Part shown: positions 31,422 through 40,813 of the stretch, one piece after another
How the letters are laid out: each line of letters opens with the position of its first letter
Numbering within the stretch: the stretch's first letter is position 1
Assembly (NCBI GenBank): GCA_002269645.1
Contig: NIVC01003662.1
Span: 1-40,813, forward strand
Source of the DNA: Macrostomum lignano
Taxonomy: Eukaryota
Direction: 5' to 3'
Length of the DNA: 40,813 bases
Program-made: the position numbers and the translations under genes
Notes under the pieces: model-generated
Seen by the model: only the letters and a program-made list of their open reading frames with translations
Databases searched by the model: none
What the model was told of the DNA's origin: nothing

Positions 31422-33614
31422 TGATGTAACCGTCCTTGTCGCCTGTCCGCTCCGTAGAGAGACGAACGCATGACTAGAGGGGGCAATGATCGTAGGCTGC
31501 CTATGACCGGGCAATGACCTGACGGACCTCCAGCACCAGACTGTCCCGCCCACATGACTAGTAGCTTTGGTAGCGCTTCGTGACCAGAGGGCCAAGGACC
31601 CACATGGACCCCACCTGTAGCCAAGGTGCAATAGTTGGTCACTCGGTCATGGTATGACCGAGTGGCTGCCACCACTCTATGTGACCTGGCGCACCTGGAT
31701 CTTGCTACCAGACCTCTCGAGGTTAGAGCCCCGCCTGGGATGGTTACCAGGGGATTTAGGCTAACAGGGGAGACGCATGCAGCCGAGTACAGGGACTCTG
31801 CTTGGGGCATGATCGGGAACTCTGGGCTCAATCCTGGAGGATTTCTCAGCAGGGGATCCTTTGTGGCTGTGAGCGAGGCTGACTTGCGACTTTGATTACT
31901 AAGAGTAGTATGAGGCGAACATGTACTGTCTCTAGTTTAGATTGCTCAGGGCGAAGGGACGCGTTAGCATGGGGTTGCAACCTTCCTACTGCCATTCTGT
32001 GCCAAGACTCGCCAATACCCTCTACTGCACGCACTCACGGACCCGCGGCACGCACTCACACAGGCGGGCGTTGCGCGGGGAGAGGCCATTAGCTTACCCA
32101 AACTTCCTTATGCTTTGCCACCCCGGGAGAAAGGCTTAGCAAGCCATGAGTGAAATGATGGTGAAAGAGTGAATAATGATGAGGTTAGTTAATAGTTAAT
32201 AATTAGGCCCTAAGGCAAATAATCAGGCAATTAGGCGGCTTCACTATTGAGTAAAAATACAGCAAAAGATACGGTATCACAACTGGCTCAGCTCTCTAAC
32301 CAGACAATGGAAAAATAGGCAAACCCCGGATAAGCAAGGGCAATTAGAGCACAAATTAGTAATAGGAACTTACCGGCAGCTGCACAGAGAGAGAGAGGCG
32401 GAGTGACCGGTGGCGGCTGTAGGCTGCAGTCAGGCAGACAGTGAAGCGGCGAGGCGCTGATGTAGATCAGGCAAAGCTGATGATGCTGGGCGGTATCAGA
32501 CCGCTGGCCAATAGGCGAGCTCACTTGGGGAGCTGAAGATAACTTGGCGGTAACAGACCGCGGATCGGCAGGGATTCGTCTTATAGACGAATGGGTCAGA
32601 AGTCAGTCTGACGGCAAGTCTAAAGAAAGACTAGGAGCCCGAAGGTTGAGGATTCTCATGCCGAAAACCGCTTCCTTTTATAGCCTTCCCAGCCGCCGCT
32701 CCAAGGTCGTTTCCATGACTTTCTCTCTCTGATTGGCTGCCGGCCGAATGACGTCAGAATGAGTCATGATGAGAAACATGAGACCGGCATAGCAACATGA
32801 GAAATAGGGAAATTGCGCAATCCGGAGGTGGGTTGGGGGGATAATTGGCGCAGCGGGTGGTCGCGAAAGTGTTGCGCAAGCAAAAATTGAGAACAATAGG
32901 GCTGGGGTCGAGAACAAAGGAATTGGAAATCGGGGATAACTGGGGAGAATTGAGAACAATAGAAAAGCAAACATTGGAGAAAAGGTGATAATTAGGTGCA
33001 AAAACGAGAACAAAAGAAAGAGAAAATCGGAGAAAATGTGATAATTGGTGGGGGTAAAGAGAACAAAAGAATCAAAAACGAGAACAATAAAAGCGGAGGT
33101 GGGGTGGGTGCCGCATGAGAAATTTGGGGAGAAGAACAATAGCATGAGAAAAGGTTGCGCAAGAGAGGGGGATGAGTCATCGATGAGTCATCGAGGGGAA
33201 GAAGGGGTCACACGACTTGCGTCACCGTTTGGGAGCTTGGGAGGGATGGGAGACGGTGAGCACACAAAATACTGTAAGTAGACGCAGAGAAAGAGGGGAC
33301 AGCGCAGGAAAAGAGTGCAGAGAGAGACAAAAAGAGGGGGGATAGGGAAAGTACAAGAAGAATAGGGTGGAGCGCAGAGGAGATAAGGTAGAGGGGGAGC
33401 TACAGAGAGGGATAGGGAGCTCCGGAAAGGCAGGTGTGACGGCAGGGGAGACGGAGCCAAGGCAGCAGGGGGGTGCAGCAGAGCGGGAGTCTCTAGGCCT
33501 GGTCGGAGACCTGGCCGAGTCTCGACAGCTCTGTGCAGGGGAGGTGCACGGGATAGGAGGCACTTTCGAAAAAGTTCCCATGCCCTATCCCGCGACCAGA
33601 GCGTGGTTACATCA
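31422..33614 (-). mobile_element. Solo LTR (Gypsy-like), 2193 bp
   Basis: 10-bp terminal inverted repeats TGATGTAACC and GGTTACATCA, a 4-bp TSD TCAT (31418-31421; 33615-33618), no coding domains, and an internal promoter oriented leftward. Confidence 0.8.
32676..33190 (-). promoter_or_regulatory. Pol II promoter/enhancer in the solo LTR
   Basis: TATA CTATAAAA (32676-32683, minus strand), CCAAT (32732-32736), CRE TGACGTCA (32749-32756), AP-1 TGAGTCA (32760, 33173, 33184), and C/EBP-type TTGCGCAA (32813, 32872, 33155). Confidence 0.65.
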
Positions 33615-34094
33615 TCATCTGATACTTATGTCTTAAACAAGGACGACTTAAGTAGAATGACGGGAAACCTCGTTTCTTGGAAAACTTTTGAAGGCAGTCT
33701 TTTCCGAAAAAATACACAACGGAAAAATCTGAATATAATAAGGTTGACGTCATTAATTTTGACGGTTTATTTTGTAAAATTGTTTACCCGAGACTGATCA
33801 GAAGTGATATTTTTATTTATATAATATGACGAAATTGTCGGGCATTAAAAACTGCCTAACCATGCACTTAAATTCTGTGGGACAACTAAAGACTCGGACA
33901 ATCGAACATGTAGTCGTCATGTTGCCGTCGAAAGCCATTGAAAAAAGAATGAAAGTTGCTTAGCTTAGCTTAGTAGCTTGAGTAGCTTAGCTCTGTCTGT
34001 AGGATAGCAGCTAGGCTTGTCATTCTCGTCCAGGACCTCTGGACCTCGTCACGCTGCAGGAGGTTTCTATCGTGGCTAAGTGTCTATGGCTACT

Positions 34095-34235
34095 CTTTCT
34101 CCTAATTTGTCAATTAAGGACCATAGACATTATAGGCATACGTCATTAGATGATGGGTCATAGGTCATAGGGCATATATGTCATAGATGACCTATGCCTA
34201 TACGTCTATGATCCTAAATTGACAAATTAGGAAAG
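34095..34235. repeat. Inverted repeat / hairpin with about 43-45-bp arms
   Basis: CTTTCTCCTAATTTGTCAATTAAGGACCATAGACATTATAGGCAT pairs imperfectly with ATGCCTATACGTCTATGATCCTAAATTGACAAATTAGGAAAG. Confidence 0.8.
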
Positions 34236-34744
34236 CACATGTGGCTCACATGTGGCTCAGTAGAACAGCAGAAACCGACCTAGATTTTGTTGACTCAGTC
34301 CAGTGGCTCGCATTGCCTCCTGCACTGTTCGGACGAACCTTTCTGCGAGCCCGTTGCTTTTCGGATGGTACGGCGGTGTTGTTACATGCTGGCAACCAAC
34401 ACTCTTGAGCCAATTGGTTGTGTCGCGACTTTCCTAGTCATTTCTTTAGTTCACTTTTACTTGTCCGTGTTTACTCCCTTTTCTCTCTCTCTGTCTAGCT
34501 CAATCTTGTTATTCTCATCTCTCTCTCCCTCGCCGCCTTCTGATTGGCTCTCCATTCTAGCCTCCCTCTTTAGTCGCGCACACCACCCCTCCTTTTATTA
34601 AATTGGAGTCAACCCCCTCTAAGATAGTCGGATAAATATACTGGTTTGGGCCCTGCGCCCACTTACTTCCTCTCTGCTCTTCTGTCTCTGCAATTTAATT
34701 ATAGTTTATACTCTTATTTTCTCGATAGGTTGTAACCAACTGCG

Positions 34745-37700
34745 TCTATTGTCAGTCACCAGAGTCCTAGGAATTCCGAGCTGCGAAAAAGTTCGTCGTA
34801 GCCGAGACACCCTGTGGCTGATTCCCTGTCGTTAGTCAGATGGACTTCTGGGTAGCTTGAGAAAGACTCTACCAACACCAATAAGTACAGCCAATTGATT
34901 GGTCCCGCAGTCGGGACGATTCCATGACTCTGTAGTCTGTGGCCAGGAACTGAGGTGATTCCGGTTGCTCGATTTGACCATCTTGTACATTGTACACCTG
35001 CTGATGTAGTCCATGACTTTGTAGCGTATTCACTAATATTATAAAAGTATTGCAGCTAGCGTATTATAATTACTGTATTCTAGAAACTTCCGCGTAAACA
35101 CGCACTTTCCATATTTGGCGTTTTGAATTCCCGCGCACCCCTTTCTAGAAATGCTTCTCGAACTTTCCGGATTCCGGAATGTTCCATCAACACGAATATA
35201 AATATACAGCACCCTAGCACGCAATTACTCAAGCCCATTCTCTCTATTCTTTTCCACACGGAAACAATCAAAGAAAAATTAAAGCAAACGAACCACCGCT
35301 TTCCACGCCTCAATTATTTTCGCTATTCTACAACTGGTCCGGTGAGGCGTCCAAAATTCATCTGAGTCCCCAGCAAGGGGCTAGGCCGTCGAAGTGCGTG
35401 TAAATATCCGTGTAAATACTGCCTGAATGTAGCATAACGCCATCATCGACATTGCCATCAACGCCATGCCTCATCGTCGTCTGCACGCGCCCGTCGTCCA
35501 CGCCACTACTGGATATAGCTACCGGATGCATCATACGTGTACGACACGATATTAACCTGATCGACGTAATTCTACAAACGTGGTATCGAAGTTGACACGG
35601 AACTCATCGACGACAGACAGACAAATGCCTACACGGGTATTACCAGGCCGTTCGATAGAGTCTTCCGTGAACCCCACCAAATTCTACGCCAAAATAAGCC
35701 GAAATATCACCAGTCAACCAAGCTGCTATTGACCAAGGAACGCGCGGCTGAAACCTTCGGCGATCGTCTTTATATGACACCTTCCACGAGGTGATCGACA
35801 TCCCGAGGGGCAACCCAGCCTGTCAATCGGTTCGCCTTGTGCGCTCCATCAGCCATGCCCAGCAATATTCAGCGACCGCCCGCCGTCGTCCTCATATTAG
35901 TCTCGGGAGTCTGTCTGCAATTCGAAAGGTCGTCCTGCCTGACGATCCGTCGTCCTGGAGTGTGGCTGAGCGTGCCACAAGCATCCCAAGTTCTCCTACC
36001 AGAAGCGCGTTGCGTGTACACCTGCTACGAGATGCCTACCGGAGCAGAGCGACAGCCCGCCTCGACTCACGGTGCACCGATCTTGTTCCGGGTGTCGTCT
36101 GTCTGCATCCTGGCACATTCCGTCTATGTACATTGCTATTCGGCCAACCGGGGGCATCGCAGTAAGGTCTGATTTGCGAAATGACTAATTAATCAAGCAG
36201 CTTGACTTCACCAGTAATAACGTTTCACTTATTATTGAATATGTACATCATCGCCCCTATGCTGTAACAGTTTGAAATCTGCATGTACAAACGTACATGT
36301 CCACGCCCCCCCCCAATTCATCATCTAATGTATATATTTTTTTCCGGTACTTCTCCAGGTGACTCCGTCTCCGGCGGGGGAACTGTTGTAGCGTATTCAC
36401 TAATATTATAAAAGTATTGCAGCTAGCGTATTATAATTACTGTATTCTAGAAACTTCCGCGTAAACACGCACTTTCCATATTTGGCGTTTTGAATTCCCG
36501 CGCACCCCCTTTCTAGAAACTGCTTCTCGAACTTTCCGGATTCCGGAATGTTCCATCAACACGAATATAAATATACAGCACCCTAGCACGCAATTACTCA
36601 AGCCCATTCTCTCTATTCTTTTCCACACGGAAACAATCAAAGAAAAATTAAAGCAAACGAACCACCGCGTTCCACGCCTCAATTATTTTCGCTATTCTAC
36701 AACTTCCTTGTCCAAAGCTGGCCACCAGTATTGTGAGCGTATTAAAGACTTAGTCCTTTCCATGCTCAGGTGCGTCGAATGAGCTTTCTCCATGATCGTT
36801 TGTCTCAACGCACGCGGTGGAACTACTCTCAATCCTCTAATAACCATTCCGTGTCCCATAGTTAGTTCGCTGGACACCATCTTGTAAGGCCGTAGGTCCT
36901 GGTGGTTGAAATTTCCAGTTCGGATCGTTTCTTGGAGTCGTTGTAACTCCGGACATTGCTCGGACTGAATCCGCAACTGCTCAATAGTTGAAGTCGGGTG
37001 AGCCAGCTCAACACTGCCAATGCTGAGTGTTTGCCCCTGTCAAAAAATGCAAGAAGTCGAGACAATGCATCGGATTTCATCAGGCCAGACCTCTGATACC
37101 TCTGCGGATCAGGCCGTCCTCCAGTACGAAGCCTAGAAATCGCATCTTTCGCTGAGAGATTTGGCAATTCCTGTCGTTAATTTTGAGATTGTGCTGCTGA
37201 AGCCTCGCTCTGACCAGCGCTTCCCTTTGTTTCAACTGCTCCTTAGTCTGGTCGCCAATTAGTATGTCATCAATAATAGGCTACGGCTCTTTCAATTCCC
37301 TGCACGAGCTGTGTGTTATCTTTGAAATATGTTGGGCGCTTTAGTGATACCAAAAATCAGCCGATTATATTGAAAATTTCCAAATGGAGTCGACATAACA
37401 GTCAATGGTTTCGAGTCGTCCTCCAACTCGATCTGATTATAAGCTGGCTCTAGATCCAGGATAGTATACCAGTGACACCCTGAAACTGCACTGAAGGCTT
37501 CTTCGGCCGTTGGCATAGGATGGCTGTCCCTTACCATCTGGGGGTTTAATGTCTTTTTATAATCGACACAGAGTCTGATGTGTCCATCCGGCTTTGGCCG
37601 GAAAATATGAAATGGTAGTTCGTGAAGCTTGTCTTGAAACTGGACTGTTCCTTTGAACTGACCAAGCGTCTGGAACTCGTATGTGTCCACGTAACCTGTC

Positions 37701-38946
37701 AGTTTCAGTTCACTGGTCTGTAGCCGTGGCCTGCCGATTAGTCCAGACTGCATCCGACATCACGGACCCCCGTGTCCAGTTGACACTGAATCGGGATTTT
37801 CTTGTCTTCGTGCACAAACTGTAGGGTGACGCAGATGGCATCCTGAGTCGGGCCTATAATTGCTCCAATTGTGAACTGGTCTCCATTCATCGCTAGGGAC
37901 TTGCTGGACACAAACTGCACTGAGTCGACACGGCCTGCAGCGTCTATCTTCGTCTGGCACGCCTTTTGAAAGTGGTTCAGCTTGCCGCACTTGCGACAAG
38001 CCTTCCCAGTTGCCGGTCACTGCATTTTTCCATGCGGTGGCCCACATCGAGGACAGGTGGTACTAGTGCTACGTTTGAACTTGCCTCGACTTTGTCCTTT
38101 CGACGATTGTCCTTTGGACTTGAGCACGCCGATCTTCATGACGGCCGTACTCTCTCCTTTCGGTGCGCTCTTCATGATCTCCGTGGCTATTAAGGTGGAA
38201 TGAGCCTTAGTCTCGGCAACCGCATCCTTGAAGGTCAAGATATGATGGTCCTTGACCAAAAGCTTGCCTATGATCTGTTGATCCATCAGAACGAAGATTA
38301 GTTAGTCCCGCAGGCGCTCATCCTTGTTATCAAATTTGCATTTCTCCGCCGCCCGCAGAAGCCGTTCAGCGAACGCCCGCACTGACTCTCCAGGCGTGCG
38401 CGTGCACTGTTGGAACGGGTACCGTTTAGCCAATACAAAGGTTGCCGGTACCAACAGTTCCTTTTAGGCAGCCTCCAACACCGCAGCTGACAATGACTCG
38501 GCTTTGCTGGAGCCACACGATCGGCTACTCGGTCATATAGGGCCGGAGACAGTTTCATGAGCAGCATCTGCGTCTCGGCATCCCAGCGGTAAAATTTTCC
38601 GCAATTTCAAAGCGGTCCAACCATCGGGCGAAATTATTTCCGACGTCCAGCCGCTCGATCTCCATGGAGCCTCCTCCGGTGCGCCTTGCTGCACCAGCAA
38701 CTTCATAGACTGGAGTCTTGACAACAGAGACTGCTGTCTTGGTCGACAGGCTAGCCGGTGGACCTGCTCCTGTTTTTGTAGGGGAGCCAAGTGTTTTCTC
38801 GCCTTGCCTACTTATGCCTGTAGCTGATCATGCTTGCGACGCCACTGTTACATGTATATTGCGGTCTTTACCAGGGGATTATTAGCTCCCAAGTACTGTT
38901 TATTCTCTTTTTTATTTAACAGCCAGCTTTTCGTTTCAACATAAGC
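34745..38946 (-). mobile_element. Decayed Gypsy (Mag-like) LTR retrotransposon: partial 5' LTR, PBS, gag, protease, RT, integrase
   Basis: LTR end TGTAACA (38846) followed by G-TGGCGTCGC (PBS-like). Gag has CPRCG..H and CRKCGKLNHF knuckles; protease has LDTG; RT has KPDGHIRLCVDYK, FGITKAP and a frameshifted YxDDILI; integrase has HSTHLSMERTKSLIRSQYWWP and GIPRTLVTDN. RNase H is largely deleted. Confidence 0.88.
35020..36701 (+). mobile_element. Young non-autonomous LTR element (1682 bp) inserted in the Gypsy integrase
   Basis: LTRs at 35020-35332 and 36387-36701 (TG...CA; 1 substitution and 2 single-base indels seen). 4-bp TSD ACTT. PBS-like CTGGTCCGG after LTR1 and PPT-like GGCGGGGGAAC before LTR2. 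The interior has only decayed gag-like traces (CYS-x-NRGHRSKV knuckle remnant). Confidence 0.92.
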
Positions 38947-40155
38947 CAAGGAATTCTAAATCTAGAAACTGGAATGACAACTGAAATATCAGCTATACAA
39001 GATGAGGCAAAGATTAGAGATCAAGTAGGCACAGGAGTATGTCAAGCAAGCAAAGCAGCCGGACTCACAAAAAAGAATATAAGAGAAAACGATCAACTCG
39101 GGTGAATAGCGTCGAGCATGCTTTTCCACATTAACGAGCTTGAGCTGCTCAGTAATAAAAGCCGGGCAAGACGGCGCACTGCCGTCTGACGGACAATTGT
39201 CCTGCTGGAGCAACTGTTTGAGACTTCTAGAGCAGCTCTTTGTGGTCAAATTGGAATGCATTGGATTCAGTTGCAAGACTTCACAGAGGCCATTTAATTT
39301 ACAAGCTGCGTGCTGAACTCAGAGTTGAGGACACGGGAATGATGTAGCTGTACTGTTTTGGCGATTCTGCCCGACTGCCATAAAAACTAGGACTTCCAGC
39401 TTACAATTCACGACTATGCTGAGAGTGTCTGCTCATTGATGCGCAGCAAATCCGGACGGCTTCTTCTCTTCGAAAACTTAGCGACCAGATCATCAAGTGA
39501 GCGAATTCTTTCACTGGCAAAATAATCTCTTGTTGTTCCACCTGTGCGACATCAATCTCGTGACGCCGTTGCGACGATGCGTTTTCTGATCGCGAAGCTG
39601 GTGGAGTGTTTGTGAAATATGATGGCATGCTGGTCGTGCTGTATTGGGGGAACTGCATCTTCTCCTAATCTTCTTTTTACAAGATTGGCACCTTCTTCGT
39701 GTTGTTTCGTTTTCCGATATGCATTGCTGTCCTGATTCTCAGTAATAAAATCTGATTCCGTGAAGTGAAGAGAGCAAATTCGAGTGGGCTTCGATGGCTT
39801 GAAAGTTGCTTCTCGGGAAATGCTCTTTAACCATTTTCCAGCAGGTCGTCTCGATTCGGAAACTTTTGGAATGAAATCCTCGCTGACCCTGCGTTGCCGA
39901 CTTTTTTTGGCATGCAGAGGTCTCAAAACTTCTGCAGAGGACGCAGAGACTTGGCTTCAGGAAAGTCACTCTGGCATATTAGTGCTTACAGGCTAAGACA
40001 AAATAAGGCGAACGAAGCTGATTCTTCTTAGTGGCAATTTAAGTTGATGCGGCAAACAAACCCTATGTCTGTGACAATCGCAGTAAGCCTTATCTTGTAT
40101 AAAAAGTCATCACCGCTATTTCAGTTGTCATTCCAGTAGGATTTAAAAATCCTTG
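38947..40155 (-). mobile_element. Internally deleted THAP/P-element-like transposon remnant
   Basis: THAP motifs KWLKSISRE..FKPS..TRICSLHF and DAVP (39552-39926), and the P-type N-terminal motif FITEQLKL...RRYSPELIVFS (38989-39276). Inverted terminal sequences at about 38944-39007 and 40089-40159. A perfect 19-bp inverted match CAAGGAATTCTAAATCTAG lies at 38947-38965 and 40512-40530. No TSD found. Confidence 0.68.
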
Positions 40156-40454
40156 GCTTGACGAATAGCCACAGCAGCAGACCCACAGCAGTTGAGCTGC
40201 AACATTTCGCTGAAACTGACAGTTCTGTGGGTAAATTCATTTAATGCAGCTCGCGTGACCAGCAGTAATTCGACGATAGTCAATGTAAAAGTAAAGAACG
40301 GATACAATTAAGAGCACCAATTTTTTTGGTGTGCCCTCGGTCATAAACATTTGGTGCACGAGTAGCCGTTCTTCACCGGTATTGTATGCTTTTGAAGGCG
40401 TTTGGACCGCAGATATTTGAAGCGTGCGGCAATCAGTTTGGGTCAGCGTGCACC

Positions 40455-40503
40455 AATGATTCATATGATTCAATGATTCAATTCAATGATTCAATGATTC
40501 AAT
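40455..40503. repeat. (ATTCAATG)n-type short repeat
   Basis: Read directly; imperfect. Confidence 0.75.
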
Positions 40504-40813
40504 TCTAAATCCTAGATTTAGAATTCCTTGATTCATTGTATTATTTTGGAGCCCGGTTTCTAGGGTTCCACCAATGAAGCCAAATTGCTGCACGCTTCAA
40601 ATGTCTATGGCCAAACCGCACTGAGCAAAACACTTCAGCAAAAATCCAAGGGAGCCAAAATCTAAACTCAGTCAATAGGCCTGCGAGCAAAAGTGGATAG
40701 CTACCAGTAGCACGTAGTACACCTCCTGTTGAAGAATGGATCATTTCGGTCCATTCGGTCCATTTCGGTCCACAAGGGATCACTTCGGTCAAAGTAGCGG
40801 CGTTGCTTTTCCA

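Noticed and set aside
26240-40155. One giant P-like element engulfing gene 6
   Set aside because: The THAP fragment has its own inverted end at 38947, no transposase core is visible between the two remnants, and no matching TIR was found near 25.7-26.2 kb.

Overview
Animal (invertebrate) genomic DNA, not prokaryotic. Many supplied ORFs start at non-ATG codons or arise from tandem repeats. The dominant feature is an array of six intronless, divergent nicotinic-type Cys-loop (pentameric ligand-gated) channel genes. Four lie on the + strand (8213-9541, 11197-12497 frameshifted, 14602-15924, 21100-22431) and two on the - strand (23452-24754 with two homopolymer frameshifts, 29590-30915), converging tail-to-tail. 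All lack the acetylcholine aromatic cage and the loop-C vicinal cysteines. Their ligand-binding domains are only about 50% identical in amino acids (genes 1 vs 4, counted by hand). In contrast, they share a GC-rich ~0.3-0.4 kb M1-M3 pore cassette that is about 99% identical in DNA, including synonymous sites, and their C-terminal tails are mosaic. I infer a 'variable sensor / constant pore' candidate chemoreceptor repertoire maintained by gene conversion or recombination. The genes sit among nested transposable elements: LOA-type LINE fragments split by a CCC-terminal CACTA-like element, a tRNA-SINE, a hAT MITE, a mariner foldback, a 2.2 kb solo LTR with a dense bZIP/SOX promoter aimed at gene 6, a decayed Gypsy with a young non-autonomous LTR element inside its integrase, and THAP/P-element remnants. 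At least eight unrelated minisatellites are also present. The taxon cannot be fixed from sequence alone; a lophotrochozoan such as a flatworm is a guess. All alignments were done by eye and no database searches were run.
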